DNA of 47,557 nucleotides from Phoronis australis. Taxonomy: Eukaryota; Animalia; Phoronida. A model generated the notes under the pieces. That model saw only the letters and a program-made list of their open reading frames with translations. It searched no databases and was not told the DNA's origin. This document shows, piece by piece, positions 47,536-47,557 of this stretch (positions are counted from its first letter, which is position 1; the number at the start of each line of letters is the position of its first letter). Location of the stretch: assembly GCA_002633005.1 (NCBI GenBank), contig NMRA01000021.1, positions 483,112-530,668 on the forward strand. The letters are read 5' to 3'. Position numbers and translations under genes: made by a program.

Positions 47536-47557
47536 CAGTGGCGGATCTACGGGGGGG
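47536..47557. mobile_element. Left terminus of a MITE running off the window end
   Basis: CAGTGGCGGATCTACGGGGGGG resembles the terminus of the 28780-28923 element. Confidence 0.45.

Noticed and set aside
47474-47557. Divergent ORF start MARNYPSCNMSLTG as a head-to-head neighbour gene
   Set aside because: It is not recognisable, is truncated by the window end and runs into a MITE-like terminus.

Overview
AT-rich, repeat-dense animal genomic DNA, probably from a marine invertebrate (taxon not determinable here), with two assembly gaps (10908-11150 and 19362-20240). I reconstructed two spliced housekeeping genes by hand on the minus strand. DCTN6 (dynactin p27) has exons 2-6 at 654-8114; exon 1 was not located and the last exon lies left of the window. 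CTU2 (cytoplasmic tRNA 2-thiolation protein 2) is complete, with 15 coding exons at 32905-47097 (1413 nt, 470 aa). DCTN6 intron 4 is a GT-AG U12-type (minor spliceosome) intron. The rest is mostly transposon material: an EnSpm/CACTA-like non-autonomous element, two copies of one Harbinger MITE, two hAT-like elements with 5-bp TSDs, a THAP-bearing MITE, a decayed LINE reverse transcriptase and several minisatellites. The most unusual item is a GC-rich, intronless cassette at about 8.5-10.9 kb. It encodes a TatD-family nuclease with intact metal ligands, preceded by a separate frame-shifted ORF and a duplicated start block, and looks like cargo of an unclassified mobile element. An intronic repeat in CTU2 carries eight co-oriented CTCF-consensus motifs at about 145-bp spacing. 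All calls come from reading the sequence; no searches were run.
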